Shown: piece after piece, positions 1-9,105 of the stretch
How the letters are laid out: each line of letters begins with the position of its first letter
Numbering within the stretch: position 1 is the stretch's first letter
Source: Gemmatimonadota bacterium
GTDB lineage: Bacteria; Gemmatimonadota; Gemmatimonadetes; Palauibacterales; Palauibacteraceae
DNA length: 64,000 bases
Reading direction: 5' to 3'
NCBI GenBank assembly: GCA_963666735.1
Contig: OY762926.1
Location: 288,001 to 352,000, forward strand
Program-made: the position numbers and the translations under genes
Notes under the pieces: generated by a model
What the model saw: only the letters and a program-made list of their open reading frames with translations
What the model was told of the DNA's origin: nothing
Databases searched by the model: none

Positions 1-249
1 CAACCGGGACATGCCGCGGATGTGGTCGTCGTGCCAGTGTGTTGCCACGATCAGCTTCACGGCGTCGGCCGGATTCACGCCGAGCCCGTCCAGGTATTGG
101 AGCGCCACGGGCCTTCCGTCCGCGCCGCAGCAACTGTCGACGATGATCCAGTCGCCATCGCTGAGATGGACGAGAATGCTCTCTCCGTAGCCCGGACCGA
201 TCAGCGCGACCTCGACCTCGTCCGGGCGCCGAGGAGCCGGTTCACTCAA
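1..249 (-). CDS. MBL-fold metallo-hydrolase, ComEC/Rec2-like (partial, runs off left edge)
   Basis: Not in the ORF track. Manual translation from TTG at 249 gives MSEPAPRRPDEVEVALIGPGYGESILVHLSDGDWIIVDSC...LIVATHWHDDHIRGMSRL, with GxGxGES and the THxHxDH metal motif. The start overlaps the stop of the 242..847 gene. Confidence 0.85.
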   Translation of the reverse strand, partial: MSEPAPRRPDEVEVALIGPGYGESILVHLSDGDWIIVDSCCGADGRPVALQYLDGLGVNPADAVKLIVATHWHDDHIRGMSRL

Positions 250-847
250 GGCCCCACTGCGCGCGCAGCCTGTCCGCCCACTCGCGGCCGCGCTCAAGAT
301 CTCTGTCGGTTACCGGCGGCAGGTCGAGAAAGACGATCTGCGACACGCGTCGTCGCGTGCCTCCCACGGATCTCTCGTAGCCGATCACCCAACGGAAGAT
401 CGATCCGGACTCCATATTCTGCCGGTCCTCCGCCGAGACCTCATCCAGAGGGATGACCGCATCCTCACACGCAACGGAGTCTCCGGCCGTCAGGTCCAAC
501 AGACGCGCTCCAAACTCGTCGGTCCCGATGTCGGTGACGTATCCTTCCCACTCCTGGAGGGCGTGAAGGGACGCGGTCGGAACCGGCGCGACGTACGGCG
601 GCAGGATGTTGACCCCGCCATTTCGCGGAGCACCGTTCCCTTGGCCGCCGGCATGGGTCGGATTAACAGGGGCGTTGGCGGCAAGCCCGGACTGGTCGGT
701 CGTAGACGAACCATCGGTTGTGGGCGCCCAAATGGACCGAAGGCCCTGCTTATGCACAGATCCCCCGGGGATGGCGCGCGATACGTCCGCGTCGGAGGTG
801 GGAGATCGTTCAAGCGGCTTCGCCGTCAATTCAAGACTCAAGGCCAC
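242..847 (-). CDS. Hypothetical protein, middle gene of three-gene module
   Basis: 201 aa ORF with a low-complexity N-terminus and a globular C-terminal domain (LQEWEGYVTDI...FGARLLDLT...FRWVIGY). Tightly packed between its neighbours. Confidence 0.7.
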   Translation of the reverse strand: MALSLELTAKPLERSPTSDADVSRAIPGGSVHKQGLRSIWAPTTDGSSTTDQSGLAANAPVNPTHAGGQGNGAPRNGGVNILPPYVAPVPTASLHALQEWEGYVTDIGTDEFGARLLDLTAGDSVACEDAVIPLDEVSAEDRQNMESGSIFRWVIGYERSVGGTRRRVSQIVFLDLPPVTDRDLERGREWADRLRAQWGLE

Positions 848-1392
848 TCGATCAGCCTCCCGTCTGAGCTAGGGACATGATGTGGTCGATGATGCCTTCG
901 CTACGCTCCCTGGACGGCCTGAACTCGCCCGCAAGGATCTCCATCAGGCGCGCCGCCGAATCGGCCCCTTCCTGATCCGTTACGAAATGATCGTTTACGC
1001 CCACGTAAACGCCAGTACCTCCTTCTGTTCCCACTCGAACAGACGGTTCGACGGTGACGTTGATTTGTCCCCCGCGGTGCCTTCCGTCCGGTCTGAGTTG
1101 TGCCATTCGAACGGCGGTCATGCCGCCGAACTTCCCGTCCAAATCAAGCTCCTCCCGCCACGGACCCCAAGGTTCCACCGGCGCCAACGTCGTGCCGATC
1201 ATATCCCTAGCGGCCGCATCGCGCACCAAGAAATGCACGTTTCGGTTGATTCCGCAGGCCTTCAAAGGCGTGTGGTTTAGACACTCAGAGAACACTCGGA
1301 CGACAAGATCACGCAGGCGTTCGTAGGGTGCCTGCTGGAGTTGCCCCGCTTTGACGGACACCTATCCATTGGGGTCAGCAAGGAGGTGTTCC

Positions 1393-1707
1393 ATGGCGGG
1401 CCGGAAGGGGCGGTATCCATCCGAGTACAGGGAGCGGCTGGTGGAACTGGTGAGGGGCGGGCGTAGTGCCGCGTCACTCGCCCGGAAGTTCGAGCCGTCG
1501 GAGCAGACGATCCGGAACTGGGTCCGGCAGGCGGATGTGGACGAGGGGTTCCGTAGCGACGGGCTGACAACGGAGGCGCGCAGCGAGCTGCGGCGCCTGG
1601 AGCGGGAGAACAAGCGGCTCAGGATGGAGCGCGACATCCTAAAAAAAGCCGCGGCCTGGTTCGCGAGGGAGAGCGGATCGATCCCCGGCGGGGGTATGCG
1701 TTCATGA
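1393..1707 (+). CDS. IS3 transposase OrfA (HTH)
   Basis: RBS AGGAGG then ATG at 1393. RYPSEYRERLVELV...TIRNWVRQ...LRRLERENKRLRMERDILKKAAAWF. Confidence 0.92.
   Translation: MAGRKGRYPSEYRERLVELVRGGRSAASLARKFEPSEQTIRNWVRQADVDEGFRSDGLTTEARSELRRLERENKRLRMERDILKKAAAWFARESGSIPGGGMRS
1641..1648 (+). promoter_or_regulatory. -1 programmed ribosomal frameshift site (A7G) fusing OrfA to OrfB
   Basis: AAAAAAAG at the ILKK codons. The -1 frame is open from 1641 into orfB, and orfA and orfB also overlap as ATGA at 1704-1707. Confidence 0.85.
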
Positions 1708-2552
1708 GGGCGCACCGGGCCGAGTTCCCGCTTCGGGCCATGTGCCGGGTGCTGGGTCTCTCCCCCAGCGGCTACTACGACTGGTTGAGGCGTCCTCCCT
1801 CGGACCGCGCGCGTCGGGACGCGGAACTGGAGGCCCGGATCGCGAAGATATGGACCGGCAGCGGCGAGACGTACGGCCGTCCGCGGATCCACGCGGCGCT
1901 CGGGGCCGAGGGCGAGCGGGTGGGGCAGAAGCGCGTGGGGCGGCTGATGAGGGGGCTGGAGATCGAGGGCGCGACCAGGCGGCGCTTCAAGACGGCGACG
2001 ACGAAGAGGGATGCCGAGGCCCGCCCCGCGCCGGACCTGGTGGACCGTGACTTCTCGGCCTCGGGGCCCGACGAGCTGTGGGTGGCCGACATCACCTACG
2101 TCCCCACGTGGGCTGGCTGGCTGTATCTGGCCGTCGTGCTCGACGTCTGGAGCCGCCGCGTCGTCGGCTGGGCCATGGCGACGCACATGCGGACCGAGCT
2201 CGTCGAGGCCGCGCTGGCGATGGCTCTCGCAAGGCGTCGTCCCGAGGGTCGTGTCGTGCATCATTCCGACAGGGGCTCGCAGTACACCTCGCTCGCCTTC
2301 GGGGAGCGCTGCCGCGAGTCGGGCATCGCCCAGTCCATGGGCTCGGCGGGCGACGCGTACGACAACGCCATGTGCGAGAGCTTCTTCGCGACGCTGGAGT
2401 GCGAGCTGATCTGGAAGCGCTCGTTCCGCACGGCGGACGAGGCGCGACGGGAGGTCTTCGGCTTCATCGAGGGCTTCTACAACACCCGGCGGCTGCACTC
2501 GGCACTCGGCTACGAGTCGCCGGCCGACTACGAGAGCAACCATGCGGCCTGA
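1704..2552 (+). CDS. IS3 transposase OrfB (DDE integrase core)
   Basis: WVADITY, HHSDRGSQY, DNAMCESFFATLECE and YNTRRLHSALGY motifs. Confidence 0.95.
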   Translation: MRAHRAEFPLRAMCRVLGLSPSGYYDWLRRPPSDRARRDAELEARIAKIWTGSGETYGRPRIHAALGAEGERVGQKRVGRLMRGLEIEGATRRRFKTATTKRDAEARPAPDLVDRDFSASGPDELWVADITYVPTWAGWLYLAVVLDVWSRRVVGWAMATHMRTELVEAALAMALARRRPEGRVVHHSDRGSQYTSLAFGERCRESGIAQSMGSAGDAYDNAMCESFFATLECELIWKRSFRTADEARREVFGFIEGFYNTRRLHSALGYESPADYESNHAA

Positions 2553-2942
2553 GGCGCACCCGCGGCGCGCACCGACATCCTCTCCCGAGCGCCTGAGGGA
2601 GGCTGAAAGGAGAAGAACCGGAGGCGATCAACCACAGAAACTAACCGTCCGTGAAAGCGGGACAGCTCCAGCCTGCTGAGTGCCGGCGGCAAACCGGTCA
2701 TCCGTGACCTGCAGGTGGAGCCAGTCGGCCGTGAAGTCGGTTACCTGTGGGTGAACGACTTGCACTTGAGCGTTGGTCGCGACGCTCTCGCGCAGCAGTC
2801 CGTTGTGAGCGAACCATGCCGGTGAGCAGATGGCCGGGTTGAACTGGCCCACCACCACGATCTGCATGCCGCTGATCTCGGGTTCGAGGCGCACGATTAG
2901 CGATCTCCGTGTGCTTTGGTCGTTGGAGTGGGGATCTGTTTC

Positions 2943-5308
2943 CTACTCGGCGATGCCCTTTTCGTTCAAGACCTCCCACACCCGGTCGGGGGTGATCGGG
3001 ATGTCGAGGTGCGTCACGCCGAGGTGCGCCAGCGCGTCCACCACCGCGTTGGCGATCGCCGGGGGCGCGCCCACCGTGGCCGACTCGCCGACGCCCTTGG
3101 CGCCGAGCGGGTGGTGCGGGGACGGGGTGATCGTGTGGCCGGTCTCCCACGCGGGGGTCTCCATGGAGGTTGGGACGAGGTAGTCCATGAACGAGCCGGC
3201 GAGGTTGTTGCCGTCCTCGTCGTAGGTCATCTCTTCGAACAGGGCGGGGCCGATGCCCTGCGTGAGGCCGCCGTGGATCTGGCCCTGCACGATCATGGGG
3301 TTGATGATGTTGCCGCAGTCGTCGACCGCCACGAAGCGGCGAACGGTCACCTCGCCCGTGCCGCGGTCGATGTCGACCACGCAGATGTACGTCCCGAACG
3401 GGAAGGTGAGGTTGGGCGGGTCGTAGTAGTTCGTCGCCTCCATCCCCGGCTCCATCCCCTCGGGCAGGTTCGTGTAGGCGGCGAAGGCGCAGTCCTGGAT
3501 CGTCACGGACCGGTCGGGGGCGCCCTTCACGGAGAACTTCCCGGGCTCCCACTCGAGATCTTCCTCCGCCACCTCCATCAGGTGGGCGGCGATCTTCGCG
3601 GCCTTGGCGCGGATCTGGCGGGCGGCCATCGCTCCCGCGGCCCCGGCGGTCGGGGTCGATCGGCTGGCGTAGGTGCCCAGTCCGTACGGCGCGGTGTCGG
3701 TGTCGCCCTCCTCGACCTGCACGTGGGCGGCGGGGAGTCCGAGTTCCTCGGCGATGATCTGCGCGTAGGTGGTCTCGTGGCCCTGGCCCTGCGACTTGGT
3801 GCCGAAGCGGGCGATCGCCTTCCCGGTGGGGTGAACGCGCACCTCGGCCGAGTCGAACATCTTGATGCCGAGGATGTCGAAGTCTTTCGACGGTCCCGCG
3901 CCCAGCACCTCGGTGAAGCTGCACACGCCGATCCCCATCAACTCGCCGCGCTCGCGCTTCTCGGCCTGCTCCCGGCGCAGGTCGTCGTAGCCGATCATCT
4001 CCTTCGCCTTGTCCATCGCGGCCTGGTAGTCGCCGCTGTCGTACTCCCAGCCCAGCGGGGACTGGTAGGGGAAGGCCTCCTTCGGGATGAAGTTCTCCTC
4101 GCGCAGTTGCGCCGGATCCTTCCCGATCTTGTGCGCCAGCGTGTCCACGACGCGCTCCATGCAGTGCACGGCCTCGGTCACGCGGAAGGAGCAGCGGTAG
4201 GCGACGCCGCCCGGCGGCTTGTTCGTGTACACCGCGTCCACTTCGGCGTACGCCTGCTCCATGTCGTAGGAGCCGGTGCAGATCGAGAACAGCCCGGCGG
4301 GGAACTTGGAGGGCGCGGCCTGGGCGTCCGTGTAGCCGTGGTCCGCGAGCGTCTTGATGCGCAGGCCCCGGATCTTCCCGTCGGCGTCGGCCGCGAGTTC
4401 GGCGTCCATGTGGTAGTCGCGCGCGAACGAGTCGGCCTGGAGGTTCTCCATCCGGTCCTCGATCCACTTGACGGGCTTGCCGAGCACGACGGAGGCCGCG
4501 ATCGCGATCACATAGCCGGGATAGACCGGCACCTTGCCGCCGAAGCCGCCCCCGATGTCGGGCGACACGACGCGGATCTTTTCCTCGGAGAGCCCGACGT
4601 GTCCCGCCACGAGCGCGAGCACGGTGCGGATGGCGTGCGGGGCCTGGGTCGTCATGTAGACGGTGAGGTGGCCCTCGACGGGGTTGAAGTCGGCCACGCA
4701 GCCGCACGTCTCGATCGAGGCCACGTGGATGCGCGGCACATGCATGCTCTCGCGCACGACGACGTCCGCCTCCTCGAACACCTTGTCGGTGGCGGCCTTG
4801 TCGCCGGCCTCCCAGTGCCAGATGCGGTTGTCGGTCTGGCCCTCCTTGTCGGTGCGGAGGACGGGCGCGTCATCCTCGAGCGCCTTGAAGGGGTCGATGA
4901 CGGGTTTCATCGGCTCGTAGTCGACCTCGACCGCGGCGACGCCGTCGGCCGCCGCGTAGCGCGAGGTGGCGATGACCGCCGCGACCTCCTGCGCCTGGTA
5001 CATGACGGTGTCCGTGGGGAGCACCATCTGCGTGTCCGACATCAGCGTCGGCATCCAGTGCAGGTTGTACGCCTCGAGGTCCTTGCCGGTGAGGACGGCG
5101 AGCACGCCGGGCACCTCCAGCGCCTTGCTCGAGTCGATGCCGTTGATCTTCCCGTACGCGATCGGGCTGCGGACGATGTCGAGCCACAGCATGTCCGGGA
5201 GGACGATGTCGTCGATGTAGTTGCCCTTGCCCTGCAGGAAGCGCGGATCCTCCTTGCGCTTCATGGAGTGCCCCATGCCGCAGATGTCGGCGGAAGTCTT
5301 CGGTGCCA

Positions 5309-5309
<1 letters not shown>
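2943..5309 (-). CDS. coxL: Aerobic carbon monoxide dehydrogenase large subunit, form I
   Basis: ATG at 5309 overlaps the coxS stop (MAPKTSADICGMGHSMKRKEDPRF). Active-site loop VAYRCSFR is the form I signature. Also GGGFGGK, SQGQGHET and GAKGVGES. Confidence 0.95.
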
Positions 5310-5827
<518 letters not shown>

Positions 5828-5831
5828 CGCT

Positions 5832-6764
5832 CTATCCTCCCGCTCGCGCGAGCGCTTGACGTATGGCTCTCGCCGTCAGCACGCGGGCCATGTTCCGCTT
5901 GTATTGGACCGATCCGCGCCGGTCCTCGATGGGCTCGGTGACGTCGGCGGCGGCCTGGGCGGCGGCCGCGATGACATCGTCCGCGCCGGGCGCCTTCGTG
6001 ATCGCGTCGCGGACCCGGCCGATGGCGCCCCGGAGCCCGCCCGGCGGCGCGAGGGTCGCGCCGGTGAGCGTCTCCTCGGCGGCGGTCGCCCGAAGGGGGG
6101 CGAAGCCGAGGTTCGTGAGCCCGACGCCGGCCTTCGTCACCTTCCCGTCGTCGTCCAGCGTGAGCTGTACCGCGACCCCCGCCACCGCGTAGTCGCCCAC
6201 CTTGCGCTCCAGCTTGACGTAGGCGCCGCCGCTCCCGGCGGGCGGCACGGGGATGTGGAGTTCGGTGAGGATCTCGTCTTCCCCCAGGGCCGTCATGAAC
6301 AGGCCGTGGAAGAAGTCGTCGATGCCGATCGTGCGCTCTCCGCCCGGCCCGGTGGCAACGACGTGCGCGCGCAGCGCGAGCATCGTCGCCGGATGGTCGT
6401 TCGCGGGGTCGCCGTGGGCGATGTTGCCGCACACCGTGGCGCGGTTGCGCACGAGCGGGTCCGCGATCACGCGGGCGGTGTCGAGCAGGATCGGATAGCG
6501 CTCCGCCACCGCCCGGGATTCCTCGAGTTGCGTCTCGGTCACGAGCGCCCCGATGCGCAGGCAGCCGTCCCGTTCCTCGATCGCGCCGAGTCCGGGGATG
6601 CCGCCGATGTCGATGATGTTCGCGGGAGAGGCGAGACGAAGCTTCATCATCGGGAGGAGGCTCTGGCCGCCCGACATCACCTTCGCGTCGTCCAGTTCAC
6701 CGAGGAGGCCGAGCGCCTCGTCCAGTCCGCCCGGCGCATGGTAGTCGAACTGCGGGGGAATCAT
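5832..6764 (-). CDS. coxM: CO dehydrogenase medium FAD subunit
   Basis: [24 protein letters not shown] and [18 protein letters not shown] motifs. Confidence 0.95.
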   Translation of the reverse strand: MIPPQFDYHAPGGLDEALGLLGELDDAKVMSGGQSLLPMMKLRLASPANIIDIGGIPGLGAIEERDGCLRIGALVTETQLEESRAVAERYPILLDTARVIADPLVRNRATVCGNIAHGDPANDHPATMLALRAHVVATGPGGERTIGIDDFFHGLFMTALGEDEILTELHIPVPPAGSGGAYVKLERKVGDYAVAGVAVQLTLDDDGKVTKAGVGLTNLGFAPLRATAAEETLTGATLAPPGGLRGAIGRVRDAITKAPGADDVIAAAAQAAADVTEPIEDRRGSVQYKRNMARVLTARAIRQALARAGG

Positions 6765-7228
6765 GCCTCTGCCTCCTTCGCCTGACCTTCAATCGCGCTG
6801 GTGAGTCTTCCGACGAACTCCTGCAGCATCCGCTTGGAGACGACCTGGGTCATGCCGCGGCCGAGCTGTGCGAGGATCCCGGAGACGGTCACGTCCGAGT
6901 CCATCGTCACCTCGGCCCCGCCATCGGGAAGCGCCACGACCCGGCTGTTCATCGTCATGTCGGCGGTGCCCATGCCGGCCTTCCCCTGGCCCCGCGCGCG
7001 GATGACCGCGGAGCGCTCGTCTTCGTTCAACAAGAAGGATACGGTGCCGGTATACGCCGCCACGAGGGGGCCCACCTTGACGGTCATGCCGCCTTCCCAG
7101 GTCGTGTCGTCGATCTGCTCCGTGATTTCCGCCCCCGGCAACAGTTCCGAGAGCTGCCGCGGGTCGGAGAGAATCGCCCACACGCCGGCGGCGGGCGCGT
7201 CGATCGTGAACCCTTCCTCGATCTTCAT
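6761..7228 (-). CDS. coxG: CoxG-like SRPBCC protein
   Basis: VWAILSDP...LLPGAE...VKVGP...SGILAQLGRG. Overlaps the coxM start by 4 bp. No C-terminal TM anchor. Confidence 0.85.
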   Translation of the reverse strand: MKIEEGFTIDAPAAGVWAILSDPRQLSELLPGAEITEQIDDTTWEGGMTVKVGPLVAAYTGTVSFLLNEDERSAVIRARGQGKAGMGTADMTMNSRVVALPDGGAEVTMDSDVTVSGILAQLGRGMTQVVSKRMLQEFVGRLTSAIEGQAKEAEA

Positions 7229-7541
7229 CCGGACTCCTCGGCTTACCTTGTCTCGGTGGCCGTATAAAGGTGGCGGTTCCCTTCTTCCTCGCCACCCCCC
7301 CTGGGACGATGACCGGTCGCCGAACGGTTCATCCGTACACTGCGCGCTGCATCGATCCCGGTCGCGAACCCCTCGGCCCGCAGCCTTACCGAGGCATCCC
7401 TTGCGACATGGATACTCACGTCCCGTTGGACAAGACTGCCACTTGACAGGCTCGTGCGGTCATTGATCTTCGTTCCCCATCGCAGGTCGCAAGGGTTTTC
7501 ATGAATCCGCTTTGCACGCTTACCCGGAGGTGGATCTGAGG

Positions 7542-7847
7542 TTGAACCGCGCGAAGGTTGGACTCGGGATGCTGCTGATCGCCCTGTTCGTCGTGTTGCC
7601 GCTATCGGCATCGGCGACGGAGGCCGAGACGACTGCACCCGGCACCACTGTCATCGACGTGGCGGTAGTAGGATGTGAGACTACCGTCGACGAAGGGGGC
7701 GAGATCGTTTCGATGTGCCCGTCCGGCATCATCGATGCGATTGTCGAAGAGGCGCGGGAAGCGTGTGACGGCGATGTCGCTGTCGAGATCGTCACGTGTT
7801 TTCATCTGAGCGGCGGGTGGTACAAGATTCGCGTGAACTTCGCGTGA
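7542..7847 (+). CDS. Small secreted 4-Cys protein
   Basis: Probable TTG start at 7542 after GGAGG/GAGG. Signal peptide MNRAKVGLGMLLIALFVVLPLSASA. The mature part has 4 Cys. Confidence 0.7.
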   Translation: MNRAKVGLGMLLIALFVVLPLSASATEAETTAPGTTVIDVAVVGCETTVDEGGEIVSMCPSGIIDAIVEEAREACDGDVAVEIVTCFHLSGGWYKIRVNFA

Positions 7848-7854
7848 ACATCGA

Positions 7855-8934
7855 GTGCGTGCGATAGCGATGCTGCGCGCATCAATGGCGCTTGTCTCCT
7901 TGGTCTGGGCGAGTTCCGCTACCGCCCAGACCAAGGAACTGCAGCTGGTTGAGGAGCTGCGGTTGGGCAGTATCGATGGATCGAAAGCCGATATGTTCGG
8001 CGACATTCATGATATGGCAGTCGATCCCGATGGTCGCATCTACGTGATCGATACGGCCATGAAGAGCGTACGGTTATTCGGCCGCGATGGACGACTCATT
8101 CGTCAGTTCGCGCCCAAAGGAGATGGGCCGGGTGAGCGGCGGCACCGGCGGATGTCGTCATTTTCTGGTCCCGCCCGCGTGACTTGGGACAAGAACCGCG
8201 GCTGGCTCTGGATCGATGATGGATATCAGTTCCAGATAATGGATTCATTGGGTGTGGAGTACAGGCGGGAGGTGCGAACCGGAACTCTGAATGAGAACCC
8301 GAATGATCCAGTCGGAAAGCTGATGGCTGTCGATACGCAGGGTCGCATCTACGAGTATCAACGTGACTACCAACCCGGAGCCTCCGGGGATTCATCATTC
8401 TCATACATCGCTCGTGGCGTGGCCACACCGGACTACGGAACGAGATATCGCGATACGCTTGTGATCGATGCGCGGCTTCTTGTGACCGAAGGTACGCAGA
8501 CCAATATGCGAACGGTTGGTAGAGTACTGGCAACCGTGGCAATGACAACCAAACGGCCGGAGCGTGCTGAACGAATATGGACGGTCTCACCCGATGGTGC
8601 GATCTGGATCGCCGATAGCCAGGAACGCCGTATCCATGAACTAGGGTTTGCGGGTGATACGATTCGTACGCTCGATGTTGGTTTTGGCATAGCTGAGCTT
8701 GACGTGTCGCCAGAAGGCTGGGTCTGGGTTCGGTACGCGACCGAAGGAGAATCGACCTGGGATCTGATCGACGACTGCGGAGTGTCGCGCGGTTCCGTTT
8801 CGGTCCCGCAACCTGTTTCCGTAACGGAGGTTGGTTCCGGCGGCACCGTTCACGTGGTGTCGGCGGACGAACTCGACATCGAGTACATCATGCGCCTGCA
8901 ACTCAAGGGCGAGGCCGTCACGCGGATCTGCTGA
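7855..8934 (+). CDS. Secreted 6-bladed beta-propeller (NHL/TolB-like) protein
   Basis: Signal peptide, then EELRLGSIDG...FGDIHDMAVDPDGRIYVID...GDGPGE. Visibly more AT-rich than flanking genes. Confidence 0.85.
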   Translation: MRAIAMLRASMALVSLVWASSATAQTKELQLVEELRLGSIDGSKADMFGDIHDMAVDPDGRIYVIDTAMKSVRLFGRDGRLIRQFAPKGDGPGERRHRRMSSFSGPARVTWDKNRGWLWIDDGYQFQIMDSLGVEYRREVRTGTLNENPNDPVGKLMAVDTQGRIYEYQRDYQPGASGDSSFSYIARGVATPDYGTRYRDTLVIDARLLVTEGTQTNMRTVGRVLATVAMTTKRPERAERIWTVSPDGAIWIADSQERRIHELGFAGDTIRTLDVGFGIAELDVSPEGWVWVRYATEGESTWDLIDDCGVSRGSVSVPQPVSVTEVGSGGTVHVVSADELDIEYIMRLQLKGEAVTRIC

Positions 8935-9105
8935 GTATTGGGCTACCCCGGCCTCTTCCAACCGAATGGCCATTTCCGGCGGAATCGCAGCGCGGGATGC
9001 TCCGGACAAGCAAGCGCCGGTCCCCCGCGCGGGGAGCTTCCGAAACCAAACGGGCCGCCCTATCGTTACTGGCCAGCAGGTGGAACTACGGCGCCGGGGG
9101 CCCGA

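Larger units (their letters stand above)
1336..2670 (+). mobile_element. IS3-family insertion sequence, 1335 bp
   Basis: TG...CA ends. Terminal inverted repeats TGGAGTTGCCCCGCTTTGACGGAC and (reverse complement) TGGAGCTGTCCCGCTTTCACGGAC match 21/24. Flanked by GCCTGC at 1330-1335 and 2671-2676. orfA/orfB organisation. Confidence 0.95.
852..2894 (-). pseudogene. IS-interrupted hypothetical protein (possibly TIGR04255-like); halves 2671..2894 and 852..1335
   Basis: The N-half (MRLEPEISGMQIVVVGQFNPAICSPAWF...FAAGTQQA) and C-half (PYERLRDLVVRVF...GINRNVHF...VNDHF) rejoin in frame to 233 aa when the IS and one GCCTGC copy are removed. Confidence 0.85.

Noticed and set aside
7443..7471. TTGACA promoter for the 7.5-kb peptide/propeller pair
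   Set aside because: The -35 is perfect but there is no convincing -10 at 16-18 bp, so it was not called.
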